A DNA stretch of 64,000 nt, taken from Eledone cirrhosa (lineage: Eukaryota). This document shows, piece after piece, positions 1 to 10,851 of the stretch (its first letter is position 1; every line of letters begins with the position of its first letter). The position numbers and the translations under genes are program-made. Below the pieces are notes generated by a model. That model searched no databases and had not been told where the DNA came from. It saw nothing but the letters and a program-made list of their open reading frames with translations. The stretch is taken from contig OZ024740.1 of assembly GCA_964016885.1 (NCBI GenBank), forward strand, positions 132,742,001 to 132,806,000. Reading direction: 5' to 3'.

Positions 1-835
1 AATTACTTTTCTGGTACTTGTCTCATTTCGTTATGTTTCATATTATTTATTCTTTTTAACGTTGGATTGGGTGTTTTAATCCCCCATCTCATCAACCCGT
101 AATTACTTTCGATATTATCACCAGCATTATTGCAAAACATTTACGCCATGCGTTCACGGTGTGCGATAAATTAAACTGATATCATCTTCTAAGGTGTTAA
201 ATTTATATATTTGTATATGCATATTTCAACGTGTCTTAATGGGACATGGACTTACAGGGATAATGTGTAAATAATTCTTCAAGCCATTGTAAATAAAATT
301 GACTGTGGCAATGTTATGACCCAAAGGGTAGAAAAGATTACAAATTATGATAAACAAGTAAAAGAATAGATACTTTTAAAACATGAATTCAATGAAATCA
401 AAAATAAATTGAAACAATTATGATAAATTAAATAGATAGAAGTATCTATTCAAATTGCAAATAAAATATGCCTGCTATGATTTATTTTTCAAACACACGT
501 AGATCCGAGTTTTCCACTTAGATTTTTGGAGGAAGCAATTGATTTTCGTTTTTACGCTTTGTATAGGCAACATCTTATGTAAATATTTACTTTTTTTCAT
601 TAAATTTCGGATTTTTATGACATATATCCATATATATTATGTGAAGTGCTACAAAGATTTTATGGTTCATTTCGAAACAACGAAGGGGGAAATAGATTTT
701 TATTGCCAACTCATCTGAGAGAGGGATTAAATTGTGAGATTTTATATTGTTTTCACTTTATCATTTCCATCTAAGTGCTAGATATTGATATTAATATTAC
801 TTTTTATATGAGGGATATTACACATACTAATAGCC

Positions 836-892
836 TTATTATTATCATTATTATTATTTATTATTATCATTATTATTATTATTTTTATTATT
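836..892. repeat. (TTA)n microsatellite, first spacer of the retrotransposon array
   Basis: Imperfect ttattattatc.. run abutting the 3' end of the R4/Dong copy. Similar tracts lie at 1949-1963, 2139-2152, 8595-8622, 14458-14498, 14929-14973, 19991-20030, 21431-21463 and 21571-21601. Confidence 0.95.
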
Positions 893-1948
893 ACAGTTGG
901 ATTTATCTTGCTTTATGTTCATACGAGTTATCACCAAGTCACAACCAGTGATCTCAAGAGACAACAAGGGCCGCCATGTTCAAGAAAGAACATACATTCA
1001 CACACATGCATCTTTAGGTGTTTAGACTTGTGATGTACTTATATTGACTTAATTTTCCTTAGTATATGGGCAGTTCCCATTAGTATTATCTTTTGTATTT
1101 CTCCTATACGCGGGTTTCCTGGGATTTGCGATAAGTAATCATTAGCCCCCATAGGTACAATTCCTAGAGCGCCTACAACCACTGGTATTATTTTAGTTCT
1201 CAATTTCTACATTTTTCCATTTTCTATCTCCAAGTCCTTATACTTGCTCAATTTTTCAAATGTTTTTATAGATACATTCTTGTCCATTGGAACGGACATA
1301 TCAATTAGCAGGTATAATCTCTTTTTAAAGTCCTTCAGTATTATATCAGGTCTATTTGCATCTATTTTTTGGTCTGTTTGGATGCTAAAGTTCCACAATA
1401 TTGAGATGTGATCGTTTTGAAGTACGGGAGGTGGTTGATGCTCTCACCAATTCTTTTGATGGGGCAGGTCAAAATGCTTACACATTATCCAATGTATGTA
1501 TTGTGCAGCTCTGTCATGCCTGTTTAAGTATTCGGTTGGAGCTATAGGACTGCACATTGAAATTATATGGTCAATGGTCTCTGGTCGTTTTTTACATACA
1601 CGGCATAATGGGTGGCATCGACTTTTTAATATGTTGGCTTGGTAATTTTTTGTTGGCAGACACTGATCTTGTGCTGATATAATCAGTCGTTCAGTCTCTG
1701 ATTTCATTCCAGAGGATGCCAACCACTGATGGGTTAAAGTTTTGTCAACATCAGGATCGTTATTTCTTTCTGGGTATTTTCCACACGAAGGCTTTTCTTG
1801 CCATTTATTAGCGAGTTTCTGTACCAGTTCTTTCTTTGCAATTACTTTTATCTGATGTGCTTTTTCTGTGTTTTTCATTTCAGCAGTAAATGGAACTTCT
1901 TAAATGTGTAGTCCATTACTGTATCTGTGTACATCTTTTGTAATGGTC
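893..1948 (-). mobile_element. 5'-truncated R4/Dong-clade non-LTR retrotransposon, family A (C-terminal CCHC zinc knuckle + REL endonuclease + 3' UTR)
   Basis: ORFs 1444..1878 and 1207..1398 give SETERLIISAQDQ, CRVCKKRPETIDHIISMC, RHD and PDII..LIDMS..K..KY.DL. Highly similar to 14974-16220. The 3' end runs into (TAA)n on the element strand. Confidence 0.9.
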
Positions 1949-1961
1949 TATTATTATTATT

Positions 1962-2138
1962 ATTGGCAGTATCGGTAGAGAGTCGGGCGCCATGCTTTCC
2001 AGCATAGTTACGTCCCTTTACGATCTGAGTTCAAATCCCGCCGAGGTTGACTTTGCCTTTCATCCTTACGGGGTCGATAACATAAAGTACCAGTAATGCA
2101 CTGGGTATTTGCTGGCCTTGTGCCTAAAGTAGAAACAA
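1962..2138 (+). mobile_element. tRNA-derived SINE
   Basis: A-box-like tggcagtatcggt, B-box gagttcaaatcc, body ..ggggtcgataa.ataaagtaccagt.., ending tagaaacaa(tta)n. More than 10 copies in the window. Confidence 0.9.
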
Positions 2139-2254
2139 TTATTATTATTATTGTTGGTGAAGCCACACTTCTTATCGCCTCCAGCTTTTTTCAACCGTTT
2201 ACGGGGTGTGGTATCCGTATTTGTGTAAAAATATTTGTTTTGAAAAATTTCAAC

Positions 2255-4301
2255 ATGGATAACACATGAAAGAGAGAGAGCGCTGTCAGACAACACAGAG
2301 AGAGGGAGACTTTATCAGCATGTCAACAAGACAGCGTTCCAGCGGAGGTAAATATAAATAAAAATATTACAAAGGAAAAAAAGATTGTTACAGATTTAAA
2401 ATTAACAAATATTTCTAACACAAACAACACCAACAATAACACCAACAATAACACCAACAACATCACCAAAAATAACAGCGGTAAAGTCGAGAACGGCAAT
2501 AACAAAAATAACAGCGGTAAGGTCGAGACCGACAATAACAATGACAATAACAACAGCCACAACAACAATAATAGTAGGAACAGTATCAACGAAATCAACA
2601 ATAATAACAACAGCCACAATAAGAGTAACAACAGCAACAGTATCAACGAAAACAACAACAGCAACACCAACAACTGTACCAACGAAAACAACAACAATGA
2701 CACCGATACCTGTAACAGCGATCTCAGCACCACCAGCAAGACCAGTGGCAGCAGCAATAATGGTGCTGCTGAAAAAGGCACCTCTTCTTTTGCAGGCATT
2801 AGTCACAGAGGAGGAGATGGCAGTCGCAAGGGCTATGGTGGCAAGAAGCGCAAATAGGGTTTCCCTGAAACCGCCACCCGATTTTTTCAAGGACCAGCAG
2901 CTACGGACGGTGACTTACCGCACCGTAAACAAAATCTCACATCGAGTGGAGAGAGCCAGGGAGGCTCAAATCCAAAAGGCCTTGGGGTGCGTCTGGGCAC
3001 GCAAAACCCACATCACCCGAGGCAGAAAGTACGCCACAGTAGACGTACTTTTCGCCACCCCCAGGAAGCAAAGTCTCACTCTTTGGAACCCTAAAGAGTG
3101 AGGAGAGTCTTGGTGCCCTCCTACTGCAGGCAGAAGATTGTGAGGGTCAAAGTGACCCAGGTCCCACCCGACGTGCCCATACCTTGGCCGGCCGCGTCTG
3201 TCCTTGATGGAATCGAGAACAGGACGACCATGCTGCAAGTAGAAAAAATAGGGAGAGAGAACTGGTCAGGTATAGGCATGCAAATACTTATACAAACTGA
3301 CCAGGAATGTATCGACGCTAACCCCGATATCATAGACATCGAGGAAGGACTCCAACTCCCTATAAGTGTAGTAGGAAGACGGCCAAAATGTTATCTCTGT
3401 GGGTTTAAGGGTCACCTCAGGGCCTTTTGCCCGCAGAAGACAGCGAAGAAGGCCCCTCTCCATCCAATACCTGGTCCGCTGCTACCAAGAGCAGGGCAGG
3501 AAACAAACGAAGAAGCCCCTTCCACGGTGAGTACGAGGGCAACGTCCGTAGCACCCGTACCAAGGCCACGGACAACTAAAGCAGCATCATCAGTGGCGGC
3601 AACACCAATAGGTACATTTGAAGTAGCTACACCCGCAACAAAATTGCCGAAGATGGCTCCACTACCACCACCAACAGCCGTGTAGCACATACCCCTCCCA
3701 GACGCCACAGAATCCGACATGGAGTTTGAGTCGAGTGAAGTGGCAAACGGTCTGTCACAAAAAAGAAAAAAGAAAAAAACCCTTAGATTCACCCTCCAAA
3801 AGCGAAGGCATGCAAAGAGGGGTAAAGGCAGCAAGGAAACTTGCAGCAACACCACCACCATCACCACCACAAGCACCACTGACAACAACAACCACACCAC
3901 CACCAGAGTCACCAAAGGCACCAACAACGCAAACCCAACAAGACACACACACCAAACAGCAACAAGAAGAAAACAGCAAGAAATTCACCCCTCCCAACAA
4001 AAAGTACACAGCCATAAACATGTCAAAAAAAGAACTCATACAATATATAAAGCAGCACACAGACATCACAGAAAAAAACTACTACACCCCACCAACAGCA
4101 AGAACTCTCCCGACAAACATAAGCATCATCGAAATCTCAATAGAATAGTACAAACCTTTAAAACAAAAATTCCCCAACGCAGTTGGAGACTTCAGAGGGA
4201 CGGTTACCAAGAGGATATACACTGACATCCTCTTGGAAACACCGATGACCAGCGAAAGGAACGATTCTACTGTCCTTTCATCACACGAACAAGGTAAGTG
4301 A
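2255..4301 (+). pseudogene. Tx1-like ORF1 (Asn/Thr-rich N-terminus, RRM-like region, CCHC zinc knuckle, basic tract), frameshifted
   Basis: caacATG at 2255. Fragments 2541..3101, 3098..3685 (CYLCGFKGHLRAFC) and 3726..4148 align with ORF1 of copy 2. Confidence 0.75.
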
Positions 4302-4333
4302 CCCTTTCTCACTTGCCCCGTTTCTCATCCAAC

Positions 4334-7300
4334 ATGGCCGTACACAGAATATGCAGTATAAATGCACGTGGCCTGGGGTCATCTTGGAAGCAGGGTCAGC
4401 TGCTCAACGACCTCAGGTCACTAAACATAGATGTGATGGCCATCAGTGAAACGAGAATCTTCGAAGCACAAGCCTTCGCATCGATCTTCGGCGGCTACGA
4501 TGTATCCGCATCTCCCAGCTGTCCTGGATCGGGAGGAGGGGTCGCCGTCCTTTTTTGGAGAGGCCTGGATCTCGCGGTACGGGCCATCTTCCTAGATCCA
4601 GAAGGTAAGTTGGTGGTGGTGGACGTGACCGGCAGCGAAGGCAATGCTTTCAGGCTAGTAGCCGTCGACGCACCAACAGGGGCAGGACGGCCAGATTTCT
4701 TCAGACGTCTAGAGACCTTTCTTGGAACGTCCCGCTTTTTAGTGTTAGTGGGCGACTGGAACGGTATATTGGATCACGCTGGGATCGTGTGGGGCTAGTG
4801 GATAGGGGAGGAGGGTGCAAGAACCTCACCAACCTGCTCAGACGTTTTGAATTGTCTGACAGGTATCGACTGGATCACCCGAATGTGCCAATGTGGACAT
4901 GGACAAACTGCATCGGGTCTTTCAGATCGTATCTCGATAGGGTATTCTGCAGAGAACTAGATAAGGCTAGTATAAATTGTCCATAATTTAAAATAGTCGA
5001 CTGCACAGACCACAAATTTGTGACCTGTGAGATCGACATAGACAGACTTCATAGACAAGGGCCTGGTTACTGGAAGATGAACGCTTCTTTCCCGGCGAGC
5101 AAAGCCTACAGAGATCGGAGAAGTGTATTATCTAGCGGGCGTTGACGGGAGCGATCGTCAACAACAGGTGGTGGTTCGCCCTGAAAAGGGCAATTATAGT
5201 AGAGTCGATTAGGTTTAGCAAAGGAGTAGTGATAGAGGAAAATAGAGTAGAGAGAGAGCTAGTCAGAAAGCTAGAAGAGGCGTTTAGGACAGGCATCGCA
5301 ACCGACGTGCTTGCGGCAAGATTGGCACTCGACCAATTCTTCAACGCAAATCACGAAGGCTGCGTTGTCAGAGCTAGAGCGCGTTCTCTGAAACACGAGG
5401 GGACAACAGCCGTCCAATGGGCCCGAGTGGCAGAGGCGCGACGTGGCAACAAAGCCACAATTCGGTCTTTGTCTGACCAAATCGGGTGCGTGATGCTCGA
5501 ACACGAGCGGATGTGTGAAGCTTTTCAACAGCACTTTGCTGAACTGTTTGGGAGCGGCGGCGGCACGGATCGGAGCATGGACTTCAGTGCATAACTCGAC
5601 GGACTGCCTCGGCTCCCAACGACCGCAGCACAGTGTTGCGAAAAGCCAATAACATCCGGTGAAATACGGGAAGCGATGGCTAACGGCACAAGGGGTAAAT
5701 CGCCAGGTTTGGATGGTCTGCCCTACGAGCTTTATGCATTTATGCCAGACTTGTTCGGTGACTTCTTGGCCGACGTCTACTGCAACTGGCTGCAGAACGG
5801 GAGCATTCCCACTTTAGTGAGCCGGGGAGCAGTGGCGCTGATGAGAAAAGACCTGAACAAGGGGGATGTTATCGATAATTTCAGGCCCATAACCCTGCTA
5901 AATGCAGAGTTCAAAATGTTGGCCAAGGTGTTAGCAACGAGGTTGGCGCTTGTCGTCAAGGGTCTGGTGGGAGAGGAGCAGACATGCACCATTCCGGACT
6001 GATCCTTACACGACAACCTCCACCTCATACGATACATGATAGAGAGGGTGATTAAGAAACCTGGCAAGGGTGGGGCTCTGAGCAACTTGGATCAATCCAA
6101 AGCATTCGATAGGATCGACCATCGGTACCTGGCGGCGGTCCTCGAGGCAGCCGGTTTCGGGCCCGTTTTCAGGGGTTGGATCGCAGCAATGTACATCGAC
6201 ATATGCTAAGTTGTGAGGGTGAACAGTCACCTGTCGCAGCCGTTCAGCATCATGCGCTCAGTCCGCCAGGGTTGTCCCCTCTCGTCCCTCGTGTACGTAT
6301 TGGCTCTCGAGCCGTTACTGCACAAACTGGGGCCTCTGAGGGGCGTCCCACGCGAACTAGGATGCGGGAAATCCGAGTCGGCTTACGCTGACGACGTCAC
6401 CGTGGTGGTGTCGAGCACCAGACACGTCCAGATGCTCGGCACCACTCTCAAGGAATAAGAAGCGGTGACAGGAGCAAAGATAAACCAGGAAAAGTCGGTG
6501 GGCTTGCAGCTCTTGGCACCTGGAGATGCAAGTCCATGCCGTCCGACAGCGTCGTGGGGCGTTGGACGGACAGATCGGTTAAATTGCTCGGGGTCTGGTT
6601 CCGACCTCCCCTCTAGATGGAGAAAAACTGGAATGAGGTGACGAGCAGCGTGGCCTCCCTCACCCAGAAATGGGCTGAGAGGAAGCTGTCCCTGAAAGGC
6701 CGGGCGGAGGTGGCGAAGCGTACATCGCATCCGTCATCTGCTACCGCTTCGCCGTCGTCCCTTGCTCCAGCCCAACTCTCAGCAAAATGGAACGCTTCTT
6801 CTTCCGCTTTTTGTGGAAGGGACGCGCTCCCATGGTCAGACGATCCAGCTGCTCTCAACACCCGTTGTGTGGAGGACTGGGCTTGCCATGGCTGATGATG
6901 CGCAAACATGCGCTGAGGCTGCGACATCTCTGGTGCTTCCTTGATGGTGAAAAGGTGTGGTCGCCGTTCGCCAGGCACGTTTTCCCACAGCTCTTCTCCA
7001 TGACGAACTGCAGTTCTGGGTCAGAAAAAGACCGAGGGATAGCGCTTGGAAACTGGAATGTCTCCAGGCGCTCACTGCACTCTGCCAGCTGGGCACCAGA
7101 ATCGGTGGAACATCCACCTCCGCGTTCTATAGAGGACTAGTGGAGAGGAAGAGCGACGACATTCTCGGAGAGATCCTGGGCGCCGAAGAAGATCAGCTGT
7201 TTCCTCTCTTCCGGAGAACTTTCAGCCCGGGGCCTATGGATAACTTCCAAAAATCCCTGGCCTGGCAGTGCTACCGGGGAGCGCTGCCGGTTCGAGATAA

Positions 7301-7443
7301 GCTGTACAGGCACGGAAGTGCCGTCAGCCTAGCTTGTACGAGATGCGCGCAGAGCGACGAAACCGTCGTGCACGCACTCGTTCAGTGCTCGAGCATGGCT
7401 GACTTGTGGAGCTATGTCGAACAGTTGCTGTCGCGTGTGGGAC
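4334..7443 (+). pseudogene. Tx1-like ORF2 (APE endonuclease, reverse transcriptase, zinc motif), multiple stops and frameshifts
   Basis: SINARGL, ISET, VGDWN, KSPGLDGL, FRPITLLN, DQSKAFD, RQGCPLS, AYADD, CTRCAQSDETVVHALVQC. Confidence 0.9.
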
Positions 7444-7470
7444 ATCCAACTACTTCTCACTGTCGCGTGT

Positions 7471-8590
7471 CAAGCACATCCAACTCCTTCTCACTCTTCC
7501 CGAAGAGCTTAAGATCGTCCATGAAGAGGAGGTGATTGATGGTAAGCTCTCCTTTTCCCAACTTGTATCCTGCTCTCACTTTTCGCAGTATAATGGTCAG
7601 GGGCATCAGGGCAAGGACAAACAACAGAGGGGACAGACTATTTCCCTGGAAGATACCTCTCTTGATCTTCACGCCTCCCAAGGTTTCTCCAGCTGATGTT
7701 AACTCTGTTTTCCAGGACTTCATACTTTTGCTCAACAACTGTCTGATGTTATCTGCCACCTTGAAGATATCTAGGCTTTTGGAGATCCAAGAATGAGGCA
7801 ACATGTCAAATGCCTTTTTGTAGTCTATCCATCCCATGGCAAGACCAGTGTGTCTCCTCTTGCAATTCCTCTTTACCATCTTATCAATAAGTAACTGGTC
7901 TTTTGTACCACGGGACTTCTTTCGTCATCCTTTCTGTTCGTCCGGTAACAAGTTGTTTGTGTGGAGGTGATGGTAGATTTCCTCAGACATAATGCTTGTC
8001 AACAGTTTCCACATTACGGACAGACATGTGATAGGTCTATAGTTGATTCGGTGTTTCATTACACGAACTGTGGTACATTTTGTCAACCACTCTGGTACCT
8101 CACCTGACATCAATCAGTCATTGAACATGGTTGTCAGTTTCGGGTGGAGGGATGTTATATTCCCCTGGACACCATCTGGGCCAGGCGATTTCCAGTTGGT
8201 TAGTTTTTTGGCCTGCTCCTTAAGAGTTTCAACTGTGATACTGAAATCAGTTTGTTGGTGTGCCTGTTCACTAATCTCCTTTTGTACTGTCTCAATCCAT
8301 ACTGCCTGGTCATTATGTTTAACATCCTGCTCCCATATTCCTCTCCAGAATGTCTTGTTTGTTCCGCCTCTGGGACCAAGTCGTTGCCTCTTTCTTCCCC
8401 TTCAAGCTGTCCAAACAGCATCTTCTGGTTGTTGTCAAACATGCGGTTCTGTCAATTGTGACTGACTCTGCTCTCGTATCGCCTAATTTTTGCACTCTTT
8501 GCTACAATTCGTTGCTTCAGTTCCTCTATGATATTATTTAGCTTTTTCCTCCTAGTTTTGTACTTTATTTCCAGTCTATTTTAAGTGTCT
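7471..8590 (-). mobile_element. R4/Dong-clade RT fragment (probably family B)
   Basis: [43 protein letters not shown] in ORFs 7925..8113 and 7457..7879. The 5' side abuts (TTA)n at 8595. Confidence 0.85.
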
Positions 8591-8839
8591 ATGTTTATTA
8601 TTATTATTATTATTATTATTATTGGCGACCTACGTAGTAAATCGTATCATCGTGAGCTCCGCAAAGGTTTGTTATTTTCAGTTATTTAAAATTGACATTT
8701 ATGGAAAATGTTTATTGTTAACTATATATAAGTGCACATACATTGATTTCTGAAAAGGACACTCAAAAATATTGGGGCCTTGAGCCCAAAATTTAAACTT
8801 TTTATAATTATCAAACAAAATTTTTTTCTTTGAAAAATA

Positions 8840-10817
8840 ATGGATGACTCAGATTCACTCCTTCCTCACAATCCAACACCTCACACCGACACCACCATTG
8901 TAAACATTGTTACGTTTGCCAACACTGGAATTGTAAGCAGTAGCAATATTTTAAATTCGTCTCAGGCAGACGTTCATTTCCCGCTATTACCTTTGACTGC
9001 AGGTGTTAAAGCCGCCACCACCACCACCACCGCGACAACCACCACCCCCACCACCACCACAGCAACAACAGAAACAAAACAAAAGAAAAATAAATTAACT
9101 CATGATATCGAAATGAATTCGACCAAAATGAACTATTCCACACCGAACACCACTGACGCCACCACCACCACAACAGAAACTAAACTTAACAATAGCAAAA
9201 ATAACGATAATAACAACAGCAACAATGAAATTTAGAAAACTACCCTGAGTTTTGCCAGAGTAGCAAAACAGTGCGAAGTGATTCAGGTAACTCAGGAAGA
9301 ATTAGACGAAGCCAAAGGAATGGTAAAGAAAGATGGGTACAGGGTCAGTCTCACCCCCCCCCCCCCACCTAAAATGGAGCAACGTCGCCTATGCACCGTG
9401 TCTTATCGGACAATAAACATAAAATCGCGCCGAGTGGAACGGGCATCTGAGTCCCAAATCCAAAAAGCTTTGGGACATGTGTGGGCAAGAAAAACCCACA
9501 TCAGACGTGGGCAGAAGTATGGAACTGTGGACGTGTTCTTTGAAACACCAGAGGAGTCTAGAGAACACTCCATGGCCCCATTAAGAAGTGACGACTTTAC
9601 ACTCGTCCCAAGCTATTGTGGCCAGAGACTCGTAAGGATCAGGGTGACCCACGTTCCACCGGCCATCGAAATTCCCTGGCTAATAGCGGCCGTCCACGCC
9701 GGCATCGAAGCCAACACACAGATAATAGCAATAGCAAAAGAAAAGCAGGAGAACTGGTCCGGATCTGGGATGGAGCTCCTGATCCAAGCGGACCAATAAA
9801 GCATTGAGGAAATCCCAGAGGTAATAGACCTCACTGACGGCAGCCACCTCACCGTAATTGTCGAGGGCAGAAGGCCTAGGTGTGTCGTTTGTGGTGAAGG
9901 AACCCACCTAAGGACTTTCTGCCCTCAGGCTAAAAGGTTGAGGCCACCTCTCCTACCCACCCCACTGACTCAACCATCAACACCACCAGTATCAGAGATG
10001 GCAGCAACAAGTGTAGCAGCAACAACAGAAGCAACTATAACAGCAACAACCCCAGCAACAGTAGCAAAGCCAACAACACCACCACCCAACGCTTCAGAAC
10101 TAGTACCAGCGCCTACACCATCCACCACACCACAACCAAAACTAACGCCTGTGGAGGATTTTCCACTCCCCGGCCTATCACAACTGGAGACAGATTGTGA
10201 CGACGAGGAGTGGGAAATGGTATCAGGAAAAATGAAAAAAAGAAACCCAAAAAGAAAATAGAAACCAAAAAAGAAAAAATTCTCTTCCTTCCCCCTCCAA
10301 AAACAAAATACAGAGGGAAACAAATAAATTATCGAACAAGAAAGTTAAGACAGATATGCCACCATCCACACCAGCATCACCAACCCCATCACCACAAACA
10401 CCAACACCATCACCATCATTAACCCCAACACCACTATCACCAACACCACAAAAGTCACCAAAAAGCGAAACAAAAACTAACCCACAACAAACACAAACAA
10501 AACAAATCAACCAAAACGATACACACTACACAGCATTAAATTTGAACAACAACCAATTATTACACTACACCCAACACAACACCAGCATCACAGATAAAGA
10601 CTACACAACAACCCAAAAGTTCACACCACATTCACACATACAAATCACTCGCATCACACAGAAAACGTACATGACACTAAAACGAAAATTCACCAAAGAC
10701 ATCGGAGCTTTCCGACAAGCACTCTCCAGGAGGATTTATAAGGACATCCTTCCTGAGGAGGCCACAAGCAGTGAAAAGAATGGAGAAACCGTCCTTCCTC
10801 TACGAGAAGTAAGGTAA
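8840..10817 (+). pseudogene. Tx1-like ORF1 of copy 2, interrupted
   Basis: ORF pieces 8840..9235, 9278..9799, 9938..10261 and 10356..10817. QIQKALGHVWARKTHIRRGQKYGTVDVFF matches copy 1. Knuckle CVVCGEGTHLRTFC at ~9881-9922. Confidence 0.8.
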
Positions 10818-10851
10818 GTGGTCTTTCCCATCTTTTCCACTCCATTTCAAC

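Larger units (their letters stand above)
2153..7443 (+). mobile_element. Tx1-like (L1 clade) non-LTR retrotransposon copy 1, 3'-truncated and degenerate
   Basis: Two-ORF layout: ORF1 with CCHC knuckle, ORF2 with APE + RT + C-terminal zinc motif. Starts inside the (att)n tail of the preceding SINE. Breaks off at ~7443 relative to copy 2. Confidence 0.9.

Noticed and set aside
160-200. Hammerhead-like relics (also ~29715-29760, 35540-35590, 37435-37495)
   Set aside because: Core boxes or stems are too degenerate to distinguish from chance in AT-rich DNA.
1962-2045. tRNA gene
   Set aside because: A and B boxes are present but continue into a repeated SINE body with no acceptor stem or terminator.
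2323-2890. Hydrophobic Leu/Val-rich minus-strand ORFs resembling membrane proteins
   Set aside because: Antisense shadows of the AAC-rich low-complexity Tx1 ORF1.
3719-3790. Possible programmed frameshift in the A-rich tract of ORF1, shifting the same way in both copies
   Set aside because: Aligning WQTV with WEMV places the shifts at different points in the two copies, so decay or homopolymer error is more likely.
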